A stretch of DNA of 22,509 nt, taken from positions 62,001 to 84,509 of the forward strand of contig KZ538320.1 in assembly GCA_000934665.2 (NCBI GenBank), given 5' to 3'. The position numbers and the translations under genes are program-made. Each line of letters begins with the position of its first letter. The first letter of the stretch is position 1. Below, piece by piece: positions 1 to 11,337 of this stretch. This DNA is from Catajapyx aquilonaris (lineage: Eukaryota). The notes under the pieces were generated by a model. That model was not told the origin of the DNA, searched no databases, and worked only from the letters and a program-made list of their open reading frames with translations.

Positions 1-326
1 GCTTTGATGTCGATCCCTCTTTAGACCCTACTCCGGTTGTGATTGGCTGCTTCTGGTGGTGTCCTGCTGCAAGTGTCCTCCATTTTGGAATAAAGAGTGT
101 GACGTGTTGTGGAGTGTGGTGTAAGTGGTGTTGGTGTGTTGGTGAGGGCGAGGGTGAGGTGACAACGGTGATGCGAGGTGCGGTGGGCGCCCGGGTGACG
201 AATGCGGAGGTGAGGCTCCGGCGGCGGGCTTGCCTACTACTCCCCCCGATAAGGAAGAGAGCAAACGCACCGCTGCATCGCGTCACCCTTCGCAACACTG
301 CCAACCCACTTGTCGTCCCTGCAGAC

Positions 327-386
327 ATGGCCATGTATTACTACGCCAGCAGACTCAATGCCTCCGCGCAGGCACTCTCCAGGAAG
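327..386 (+). CDS. Probable first/early coding exon (MAMYYYASRLNASAQALSRK); tentatively resembles the N-terminus of insect EF-hand calcium-binding protein E63-1 (Eip63F-1-like)
   Basis: ATG at 327 in good context (agacATGg), then exactly 20 codons ending at a strong donor AAG|GTAAGA (386/387, phase 0). A possible acceptor cccacttgtcgtccctgcag| ends at 324. The E63-1 resemblance (MxMY[FY]xASR) is from memory only and unverified; no EF-hand exon is seen in the window. Confidence 0.5.
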
Positions 387-1273
387 GTAAGACTGACCCT
401 AGACACGTGTGGCAACCTGAACATAACTCTGTCCTTCTCTGTGCATCTGTCCTGTCCAGGGAAGCTCAGATTGCGCTGAGAATCGCAGGAAAAGTTTATT
501 GGAGGTTCAGTGTTGCGTGACTGAACTCGGGGATTGTCGATGGTTATCTCACCATCGATTGATCATGATAAAGGCGGTCCCCTGAACACACCAATTCTTC
601 ATTCGACCTTTCATGATTGGAGCTGATTGGCAGCCTTGATTGGGCCTTGGCTCTCTGGCCATCTTGCAAAGCTGAAATTTCCCGGTGTGGAGCCTTTTAT
701 CTTTGCTATCACCTGTCCATTGATAGACTTCGGTTATTGAGCATCCACCCACATACGATAAAATGTGGTAGTCTTATCCCCCTAAGCGAATCTAAGCGTA
801 TAACCTTTATTATAATACCTTACATTCCTGTTTTTCATTTTAACGATAATAATTTTCATATAACGAAGGTTAAGGATTCCATATAGCCTGTCACGACCTG
901 ACCTAATATTAGGTGCGCAAAAACTGGCCTTCAAGTAAAATAATACCATTAGAAAACTACTAATTACGTAGACAATAAGTGCGAACAATAAGTATTGAGT
1001 GAAATAATCATTCAAAATTTTAAATACAAATGTACGTACATAAATGTCATTGCTCTAATGAACATAAGAATAGTGATAAATAACAATTTTTAAATTAGTG
1101 AACCCAATATGATAAGCAAGTAGTAACTTAACCTCAATATACAAAGCATAGCTGAGGAACTAATAACCGCAAGATATACGATATATCTTAGGAAATATTT
1201 CGAATTTTACTTTCACGCCATAAAATGCAATACATAAATTTATGATCATTATTGTAAAATAACGTGTAAAAGG

Positions 1274-1308
1274 AATAAATAAATAAATAAATACATTTAT
1301 AAATAAAT
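1274..1308. repeat. (AAAT)n microsatellite, possibly the decayed 3' tail of a retroelement
   Basis: aataaataaataaataaatacatttataaataaata read directly; no recognisable element body next to it. Confidence 0.6.
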
Positions 1309-2694
1309 ATTACGTAGCGAACTGGTTATATGAGTAACATATACAGTTACTGTTGACACTATTTAAGTCACTTCCTCTTTTACAAGGTGTGCAAAAACCG
1401 AAGTGTATCCTTATCCGTCATGGGGAAGAGGCGGGTTGGAACAGGGCCACCAGGACATTAAACCCTCATCCTCACCCATACCTCCCTCACCTCTCCCAAT
1501 CTCTGATTCGGCAGACAAAACCTGGCCTAACATTATAATCGGGTGTTTGGGTGTTGTTAGGCTTTCACGACGGTTTCATAGGTCGTATATCCGGGGGATT
1601 TGCAACGAGCTTGGCCCAACGACTTGGTCTCCTCTAAACCTCCCCTCCCGTGGATATAACCCGAACCCCAACACATAAGCTTCCACGGGGTTTTTGTCCT
1701 CTGCCACCCCCTCTACACTCTCCACTCGCAAAAAAATTGCATACTCGAGCCGAAAAAGCTTGGCAAGGGCTTAGTCAGTGTGAATTTTTGACGGGAAAAA
1801 ATTCTGCAATCTTCGATGGTTGATCCGCATGTGCTCGTAGAGTAGGAAAGTTTCGGTGCTCGTAATTCCCGAATGTGCCGAAACAGGACTGAAACAAAAG
1901 GGGGGGCAGGTTAGAAAGGGGGTTGGAAAATGGCCTCCAATTCTGCGAACAATGCGAGCTGGAATTATAGCAATTTTGCACCCGCACAATACAGTGGGTG
2001 GTGGGGGAGGGAGGCAGTTTTGCACAGAGGGAGGCTGGCATGATGGTGAGGGAGGGAAGAGCGTTTTCCGACCTGCTGCAAGTCGCCTCACGGTTGAGAT
2101 CACTTGTACAAACTTTGCTGGAGGGAACAGGAAAATGGGAGTTTTTTTAAATAAAAAAAAGAGGTTGCAGAAAGAAAGAGAGGAAGAAGGCGCTATGCAA
2201 ATGGGAAAGGGAAGCTATTCTTGGATGTAGCCAACCGGCTGCGGAGATAGAGAAAATGGCCAGGATTCTTTGACCTTTTCATTGCACCAGACAGGACCAG
2301 GGATTGGATTGCGGGAAAAGTCTTACAAAACGCTGTCACTTGCTATTACGAACTCTTTGTGTTTAAGGAGCCGACTTTTGAAAGGCAGACTGTACAAACG
2401 TGTCCCATTCTTGCATTTTGTCACGTTGTCAAGCACTTCTCACACCGATTGGACGATGTTATTCAATAATGTGTCAACCCACAAGAATATCAAATATTGA
2501 TGAACATAATATACCAAAGGATCGTACTTCATTCAGTTAAAAGAAAGCTGGCGAAATCTGCATACTTTTGCCATAAATGACCGAATTAATTTCACTGGTC
2601 AAAGCCCCTTTTCTCAAAATTGTTCTTATGTGGGTTGACTCATTATTGCATAACACCATCCAATTGCGTCTATGGCAAACAGTATGTATTATCA

Positions 2695-2802
2695 GTCCAA
2701 CAAGAATTGTCGCAGCGGCAGCGCACGAACTACAATCTACGAGCACAGGTATACGAGAGACTGTAGTTCGTGCGCTGCCGCTTGCGACAATTCTTGTTGG
2801 AC
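2695..2802. mobile_element. Hairpin/foldback MITE-like element (~108 bp)
   Basis: GTCCAACAAGAATTGTCGCAGCGGCAGCGCACGAACTACAATCT (2695-2738) is the near-perfect reverse complement of 2758-2802, with a loop of about 19 nt. Superfamily and TSD not clear. Confidence 0.7.
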
Positions 2803-2810
2803 ACCAGGTA

Positions 2811-2941
2811 CAGCGCTGGGCATTAATGGTGTTGCACTTGTGGCGCCATGATACGTTGACGGCAGAAGAGAGAATCGAAGCTCTTCTTCAGCCGTCGAAT
2901 CACGGCGCCACCAGTACAATACCAATTAATTCCTAGTACTG
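2811..2941. mobile_element. Tc1/mariner-like hairpin MITE (~131 bp) flanked by TA
   Basis: TA|CAGCGCTGGGCATTAATGGTGTTGCACTTGTGGCGCC ... GGCGCCACCAGTACAATACCAATTAATTCCTAGTACTG|TA. The arms are imperfect reverse complements along the whole length; CAG...CTG ends with TA flanks. Confidence 0.65.
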
Positions 2942-5195
2942 TACCTCTTGGTATAAGCTCACCATCACATTTGGCTATGCTTGAAGGCAAAGGTAACGTC
3001 GCAGCCGTGTAAACCGCCATGTTTGTATTAACTGGCGCCATGGGGAACAAACTGGATTACATCGGAACAAAAACATGGCTAAAAATGTCCTCCGGTTTTC
3101 CTGTCAGCTGTTTCAGCTGTCGGTTTTCATCTCCCTCTTTCCCTCCATTTTGGGCTAAAGGCACCTTTTACGGCCCCGTCATCTGTTCGCAGGCAGGCAG
3201 GGCTCCAGCCGTAATTCCATCCGGATGGTGACGTCCACCACCATTCTCTCCACTCAAAATTATTGATGCGTGCAACTGTACCCATCCTTGTTGTTCACTC
3301 TGATGCTCCTCCAAATGGCCACAACCCCGGAATCAAAATGGCGTCTATCTCCGGGTGGAATCCATCTTTTTTATTTTTATGAGGTTTGCTTTGCGTTGCT
3401 GGGGTCTTGGTGATTTACTTTCCACTCCGGAACCGCCGAGGCTGGATTGTGCAAGCAAATCTCATGAGCATTAGGCGGATGAATATGGAGCGATTGTGAC
3501 TGGACCAATCCGAGAGGCACGCACTACTTGAGAGTGGTGGAGGATGAGGAGGACAGGAGGGGGTGCAATCCATTAGGTTATGCCGAGTTTATTTGCATGG
3601 GATGTACTCTGGGTGCGTCCCATGCTTGCACTTAGGAGGTGCCTGGTTCCTGCAAAATGATGCCGTCCATTAAGTGGATGTGGGCATGAATTTTGGGACG
3701 GATCAACATGGCCGGATTCTGCGCAGGCGCCAGTACAATTGGGAGATGGAATCCACAGATTTTTGGTTGAAATCAAATCGACTTGTGTGAACAAAGCTTC
3801 CCATGAATGAAAGCTTAATGAACTTCAAGACAATCCGGATTTTTGTTCAGGTTGCCTACAAAGGTTGTTTGTACACACTGTAGTTGAACCGGTCGTTAAC
3901 GTCATAATCATAAATAACCGAGAAAATCACTTTATATCGTAACATAACCGCCAATATTGCAGGCTAGAGGCATCATAGTATTACAGTAGTTATTTGAGTA
4001 CATTATGTGTAACTATGTGTGGAATGAAAACATATTGGTGTGTTGACTACACTTGATCGACAGGGTAGTCATCGATTGGTTTATTTCGCGTTCAGGTCAA
4101 TTAATTACAACCCGGTCGTTACCTGCTTTTGTCGCACGCATACGTGAACGGAACCCTGTACCAAACACATGTGAAATTAATTAATTTGAAGATAAAGCGA
4201 GTACGTATGTACGAAACAATTTTAGGAATTTATTTGAGTACACCGCCTGCCTACACTGACCAGGTCGAGAATACTTCGCATGAGGCTCAACTGGATTTAA
4301 CCAAAAGACATGCTCCAAAAATGTCCTGGAACCACTCCACTCCATGTAATCCAACTCCTCCCACTTCACATGGAGAGAGCCAGCCTCCGAATAAAGGACA
4401 CTTCGGTTCCAGGGGGCTTATGTTCCTCCCGTGCACCTGCACACCCGAAAGGAAGAAAAAAAGATTGGTCCAAAAGTTGGCCCGGGTTTTGCCCCGGCTT
4501 TCAAGTTGTGGGGGGGTGGGGGACAAGCAGGAGAAGGTTTTCGGGGATTCCCCGATATAGAATTAAGCTTGTGAAGGGCTTAGGGTTGGTGGGCCAGGGA
4601 AGGCACCAAGATTGAAACTGGAATGGGATTAGCAGGGCATTGAGGCAGTTGGCCTTCCTGCCTGCAAATACTGGTTGGGGTGAAGGGGGGTGACTGTAAT
4701 AATCCAACGGGGGAGTGGACACACTCCACTCCCCCAGGTTCCTTCAATTAGGGGGGCAGATGAGTCCGGACTGCTCTGCGGGTGGGTCCCACAATTTCGG
4801 GGCACGTAGTTGATTAATGGCCCCTCTCTTGCCCGCTAATGGCGGCCCACGAGGGGTACAGAGGGAGGCGAAGGTGCTCTGGATTCCTGCAGGTGGCGCC
4901 ACCTAGGCCTGGAATAATAAAACGTACTACAGCTCGGAATGCTCAAAAAGATGAGGAACACTTAGTGACTTAGAGATGAATTTTTGGCTACGCTTTCACT
5001 TCGAGAGTCGCCGCCCTTTTTCCTAGTTTCCTAGTCTTGTGTCTGCTGAAATATAGGCGTGTATCCGCTGAAGGATGGCATGTATCCGCCAGGGAATGGG
5101 ATAGGTTGGTGCAGCGTACAGTAGGCATACCCCTATATGGCCATGTTCCTGCCAAATTAGGTCAGCCAATAGGAAAGTCCTTCCGATTTTTTTTA

Positions 5196-5470
5196 CGGGC
5201 GCAACCGAGTGCGCACCACAGTTTTGCGCAGTGTGCACGGTTGGCATTATCAATGATAGTTGGTAAGCTGTATATATAGTGGGTTTATTTCCAACGCCAC
5301 GCTTAGGAGAAACAAAATGGCCTACTTTTGCGACGTTGCCAAAGCCATGGAACGATCATCAGGTGCTACGGGTGTGAATAATTTTTTGCCCCCCTGGGGA
5401 GTTACTCTGGCAACATTGTTGTCAGAACAATGGAATTACGCGATAGTGGACGCGCACTCGGTTTCGCTCG
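5196..5470 (+). mobile_element. MITE family A, full-length copy 1
   Basis: TIRs CGGGCGCAACCGAGTGCGCACC / GGACGCGCACTCGGTTTCGCTCG, with TA on both sides (5194-5195, 5471-5472). Internal motifs (TGCACGGTTGGCATTATCAATGATAG, TTATTTCCAACGC, CAAAATGGCC, GTTGTCAGAACAATG) recur in three other copies in the window. Confidence 0.85.
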
Positions 5471-5474
5471 TATA

Positions 5475-5795
5475 CATGGTGTTTCAACTTTTTTGTGCGA
5501 ACAGTTATCGTAAAATTGCACGTAGCTGCTACTTTGTAAGCAGTGACTTGCAACCGGTGATTTGTCGGAGGAATGGGGAATGGGGAAAAAGAGGGTCACA
5601 CATCCCATGGCATGTGTGACCCTCTTTTTTCCAGGCAACTCGACCCTCAATTTTCAGCGGGCAGCACATATGCCAACTTCAACCTACGATTCGCAGGGAA
5701 TATTCCCCAGTTTGCAAATCACTGCTTACAAAGTAGCAGCTACGGTCAATTTTCCGATACCGTAACTGCCCGGACAAAAAAGTTGAAACACCCTG
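5475..5795. mobile_element. Tc1/mariner-type MITE (family C) with ~85-bp TIRs, TA-flanked
   Basis: TA|CATGGTGTTTCAACTTTTTTGT...GTAGCTGCTACTTTGTAAGCAGTGACTTGCAA versus TTGCAAATCACTGCTTACAAAGTAGCAGCTAC...ACAAAAAAGTTGAAACACCCTG|TA. CAGGGTG-type ends plus TA flanks; internal palindrome at 5586-5629. Confidence 0.85.
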
Positions 5796-7028
5796 TATAT
5801 TGTATAGATGACAAACTACTGGGGAAAACAAGTGTTGACCAGTTGAGACAGACGTGCATTATCGCATCACACTCGACTTGGGATAATTTTGAATTTTTAA
5901 TAGCGATAGATGTGGCGACAGCTTCCGACCGGATAGTTCCGGATTTTTTATTTTTCACCCCATTTCCGATGCCGTTACCTTTCCAGCCAACGAGGTACAA
6001 GTAATGGCGAGTTTCCAAGCAGCTGATTGGGTGCGGTTGGATCAAACACACCGCTGCGGCCTGTACCCGTCAGGTGTTTCATCAGGTCCCAAAATGCAAC
6101 GGCCTGGTTGTCATTTGCACCGGATAATCACCAAGTGACGTCACACGTCCCCCGGATAACCCGGGCTGCCTCATTTCCCATGGAAAGCGAGTCGTCCCCA
6201 ATTAAATGATTAACTTTAATATGACGCGTTGCGGAAATTACGAGTCCGCCCCGTGCTGCCCGCATGCGAATATATTTTATTGCGGTAATGCAGTAATATT
6301 TTCGGTAATGCCCGGCGTCATGGGGGGAAACACAGGCGATTTATGCTCCGCGTAAATTATGGCCCCGGAAAATCAGCATACCATTTTCATTAGGGCCATT
6401 ACAAGCGCTGCCCCCTTGGCGGATTTTCCGTAATCATATCCGTGACTTGTTTATTACACCGGACTATATAGTTTGTGTCCCCTTTTGGCGTTCAAGTCAC
6501 CTCTTGGCCCGGGAAAAAAACGGGGTCTTTTGGTGCGAATGAATAGCCATGTTAACCCTTTTGGATACAGGTTGTTAAATGAGGCATTGTGTCGCCAGAG
6601 GGGGCCGCCTTTTATGGATTATTATTGCGGAGTAATTAGTCCCTCTGGCTTATATACGCGGCGGATGTTATTTGCGTGCGGTGGTATCCGGAGCATCCGT
6701 ATGATGTGGGGGTAGGGGGGTGTGTATACCATTCCTCCTTCCCCTCCCCTTTGATATGCTCCTCAGGACTTTGGACGAGATCAAGGCGCCGGAGGATAAT
6801 TGAGTGGAAGATCAAGTTTGCACTCGTTCCTCACTCGACAAGCAATCACGATGGGATTACATGCACTCCCTTGCGTTTAACGCTGGGTATAAACCAATCG
6901 GGAGCAGACGGGGGAATCCGGACTGACCTCCTGGGTCGAGAGGTCGTCAATTAACAGACGGTTCAAGCCATAAACTAGGAGTCATTTCATAGTTAAATTG
7001 GCTGAGATGATTTTTTTAACGATCTCAA

Positions 7029-7185
7029 CCTGTAGCCTCTGAGGTTCGTTCCAGAACCTTAGCAACATACACTTCGGCCATTTTGCCCCCATCCCCAAGC
7101 GTAGCGTTGGAAATAAATGCACCGCACTATAGCCTACAGAGAGCTTACCAGCTATCATTGATAATGCCAACCGTGCACGATGCGC
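7029..7185 (-). mobile_element. MITE family A, truncated internal copy in reverse orientation
   Basis: The reverse complement reads GTGCACGGTTGGCATTATCAATGATAGCTGGTAAGCT...TTTATTTCCAACGCTACGCTTGGG...CAAAATGGCCGA...CTGGAACGAA, colinear with the copies at 5196 and 16207. TIRs are lost. Confidence 0.85.
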
Positions 7186-10100
7186 TCCTAAAAGAAATTA
7201 TAAGTTATATATACTTATGAGACGATAATTATGAAAGGTCCAAGATATGGGTGACATACCGTCAATTGGGATGAGATTGTGCCAGCGCATTTTTGGCCAA
7301 CAGTGCATTAGGTATAGGTTACTACATTGGGGGATGGTCAAGGTTGGCAATGACGAGTAAAATTCGCGGGAAGTACAACAAATGCGCTGGCACAATCTCA
7401 CCCCACCTGGCACAATCTCATCCCATATTTACAGTACGTTGTGACAATTCTGGCGTGAAAATCTGTGTTCTTTTTACCCGTGGAAATTGCAGTCCTTATA
7501 TTAATTTTGACACGCACTAAAAACCCGCGCTTGAAACGAGTGCATGACACCATCAGGTAAGTTGCGTTAACCAGTCCGTAATGGACTATGACACGAGTGT
7601 TGGCAGGGTTGGAAATAGCCGGCTCGCCACCAAATCCGCAGCGGGGGGAAAAAAAAGTTTTTGTCCAGATCCGGCGGGGGTTAAAAAACAACGGTGGAAA
7701 AAAAAAGAGCAGCAGCATCAGGCAGGCAACAAAATGGATCTGGGTGGGCTGCAAGTTGACCACTGGCTCTTGCGGTCATCCGCAATTCCCTGCACACTCG
7801 CTGATTTACCGCACGTGCTTTTCGGGGATGACATGTGGCCTGAGCCCCAACTGTCCTTTTTCATTTGCAGCACAACACACAAGTTGTCGCGTTTTGAGCT
7901 GCCTCTCACGCTTTTCCAGTCCAACCCACCCAACCACCCTCTCTCTTTTTTTTTGTATGTGTATGTGTGTGTGTCTGCTTGGCTGAGTCCGGCATTCAAC
8001 TCCCTGGATGACCGCACTCAATTAGCGAATCGCGTGCTCCAAATGTCATCCTTTTGGACATGTTCCTCGCTTCGAATTCAATGCCCATCGAGCACTTGCC
8101 CCAGGTTCGAACTTTTGTGCGCTAAATGATAACTTGTGTAGCCGGACCCTTTTTTTTTGGGGGGGGGGGGGGACTCTGATGTAAATCNGTCAAAGGGCGA
8201 AAGAGAGTAGTGTCCCCTCTCTGACCGGGAGCGGACAGACGGACACTCCGGGTTGCAAATGGGGGGCAGCCTGGTCCAAGTGCCAAAAAACCAGTAGATG
8301 CTTTTAGGAGAGGCAGGGGAATCTGAATATCAAGTCCATCCATTGCCAGATCACATCACGTAGAGCGGAACTGTTCAACTTAAAGATTTAATATACGGTA
8401 ATTATATCGAATATTTAATTATGTAGATATTTAAAATGGAATTACGATGAATGTAAAATAATTTAATTTGGCAGCGTGATATAAAATTTATTGAAAACGC
8501 GATCAAAACCGTCGACGGCCTGTGTGAATGGGCCTTAATAATACAAAGCTTATGTCGTATAAGTAACTCAATAAGGGTTTTACATGTATCAAAATTAACG
8601 CAATTAAACTTATACAAGAGTAACTATCAAAATGATGTCAAATCTGATGTGATTATGAATTCATATTAAATACTGCTTCATTTACACAAATAAAATCCTA
8701 TTAAAATAATTAAAATGCTTCGTATGAAATGAAATCAATGTCAATTTAGTATCTAAAATGATGCCATTAATTGATAATAATTTCCATTGCAATGAGTCAT
8801 TTACGTTACTTGTGTATACTTATTCGCATTGAAATATTAGTGCCGTACAGTAGGGCCTAATAAGTAATAGTATAATTTAAGCCACGAATTTAATTTTATT
8901 GCTATTAATATGGGTCAGCTCATCTACAGACAAAATGAAGTAAAAAAAAAATGATAAAGTAATAAATTGTCTTCAACCGTACACCAGCAGAATTCATAAT
9001 TATTTATACGTGAAACGAAATGATCAAACGAAATAGCGCGCCGACATCTTCAGTGCTGACGTGTAAATGTTTTTAAATTGCTCCCCCNTGTTTTTAAATT
9101 GCCCCCCCCCCCCCCCTAAAAAAAGGTGTGTGTCATAATCTCGGACCGTTTTCTGGTCCGAGTAGTTCAACACCGTATATACATATGCTTGACTTTCTGG
9201 CCTCCTTGCCAAGAATAGCAAGTTTCCACGCTCAGTTTTTGGCACCGCCCTTGGCTTTACAAACAGCCCTTAATAGCACTGCTTGCATATGCATTCCGAC
9301 TTTTTAAAAAAAACTTCTATACGCTTAAAAAAAAAATCTAGTCGCGAGCAGGCTAGCCTTTGGGCATGTGATAGAGCAATCAGCATGACGTGTTTTTATC
9401 CGGATGGAGCCAATTTCGCGGGTACTGTAGTGTATGTGTGCATAGAGCACTCGTTGAGGCGCAATTTATTTTTTTTGCGTGTAACTCATTGCAATTTGCC
9501 AGGTGAGGGTAGTTATCCTCTTTTTTTTGGGTACGGCGCCGGATATGACGGTCGTTTATTGGCAGGACTTGGGGGGACAGGAGTCCAATCCGGGGCCTGC
9601 GTCGCACTGTTAATGAGCTTCCTATTAGCCAAGGTTGCGATCAAGTGTGGAAAAGCGGAATGCTCATTGCGGTTTTTGCGCGTATGTCCAGCACATCCAC
9701 TTTACAACGGGCATAAAAAGAGAGACCCAAACAGCTGCAGGGTTTTAAAAATGTAAAATAAAAAAAATTGAGCGTATATGTCGCCAATTTTCATTTCGGG
9801 TCGTTACATTCGGATGGAACTGACCAAAAATGAGGTGCTTTAAAGGGTAATGTGAGGTAGATGTGGAGAGTACAGAGGAAGGTATAGTTGTTACTTGACA
9901 TGTAACTGGTGGTCATGCGATGCAAACAGTAGTCTTTGTTAGTACAACCCGTACCGTACTTAATTCTGGGTGACATCATTAACATTCGTACTAATAAAGT
10001 TAATTGTGACAGATTCGGATGTATTGGCACAGCCAAACCATAGGCGTTAATTTTAACTAATGCGAAGTGGCAGTAATGTGTACACATCCACCCATTTACA

Positions 10101-10231
10101 TGTGACAAATGCAAGTAATAAAGCATGCCGGTATTTATATTTGGTCAACTAATGTCAAGTGCTGACAGTTTGAATGCACACCGTATACGTGTCTGTATGA
10201 AATTTTTTTTTAAGAAAAATGTTTTTTTAGA

Positions 10232-10405
10232 CTTTTTATTATCGAAAAAAGTACATATTATATAACGGCTTTGTCCGCCCGTCTGTCTGTGGACAGGCAT
10301 CAGGGCCTAAACCGCAAGAGATGGCGACAAACTGATTTCGGATTCGTATTAAGCGTAACCAAAATATGTTTCATGGCCAACATCCGGTGACCGGCCACTT
10401 CCGGT
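10232..10405 (+). mobile_element. Possible DINE-1/Helentron-associated (HINE)-like remnant
   Basis: T-rich start followed by a short GTCY-type microsatellite (GTCCGCCCGTCTGTCTGT, 10273-10290) and a GC-rich CCGGT...ACTTCCGGT stretch near 10383-10405. The layout recalls insect DINE-1-like elements, but the subterminal inverted repeats are not resolved. Confidence 0.3.
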
Positions 10406-11337
10406 GTGTCCACAATGATCAAATCTGCAGGCAGGTACCAATATCACTTGGGTTCCTTCGCAACGGAAAATGAGACTGACAATCAATGCGATTGTTGTCC
10501 AATTAGAATCGCATCATGGCGTATCGCATCGGGTTTGTCAGCCCAATGAGAAAAAGTCTACTCAAATCACGGTCGTGTGATTTGCCAGTCTTGTTTTTAA
10601 AAAATGGCCCCTTTCGAAAATGTGGGTCTGAAGCTTGTATATTGACACGTCTAGTCTGTCCGAAACACTTTTTGACACAGCCTATAGTATGCGGACGTCC
10701 GCTTTTCGTGTAGAGCCGATATCTTCCATCTGACAAGAAACTGTGGAATGAGACAGGCCAATTTTTGAATGGGGCGCATTGGCCCAGTTGTCCAGCAAAG
10801 TTTCCGCCCCGGTGCTCTGCCCCGGATTCCACTCCCGAAACGCATTGCGGCAAAGCCTCTTGTGCCACACTCTGTAGGCCCTGCAGCACCCCTGGTTTTT
10901 TTTCCTCTTCTTTTTTGACCGGGGTTATATGCTCACGACCTCAGCACAGCATTCGTTTGGAATTGCCGGTATTTTTGGGGGGGGGTAGGGGGGAAGTTAC
11001 CACCCTCCCCGTTTCCAGCCCGTCTCCCGGATGGCATCCGGGGATATGCTCCGGAGCGGCGGCCATGCTGGTTTGCCCTGTGATTGAGAGCAATTTTTCA
11101 GGCAGCGCGATCCTCACATAGTTGCGCGGTATGGCCCTCTCTCTACCCCCAATTTTTTTTTGTGAACGATATATCTGGGCGTGTCGTTAATTAGAGCAGA
11201 AGCAGGCTTGCGGGGGAAAGATGGCTCGTTATTACCAGGGGGGAATATTGAACATGTGCTGCGACGTGTACAGGGCGTCGGTGGTATGTAACATATGCGG
11301 TTTTCCTATTCCACGGTTCAATTATGGTAATATAGAG

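Noticed and set aside
28..270. Pro/His-rich minus-strand ORF
   Set aside because: A low-complexity translation of a GT/G-rich plus-strand tract with no splice or domain support; the + strand exon explains the region better.
907..925. TATTAGGTGCGCAAAAA, resembling a mariner TIR start
   Set aside because: No matching inverted end or transposase remnant was found; too short to call.
8511..8539. PIF/Harbinger-like terminus (reverse complement TAAGGCCCATTCACAC)
   Set aside because: A solo end only; no partner TIR was located.
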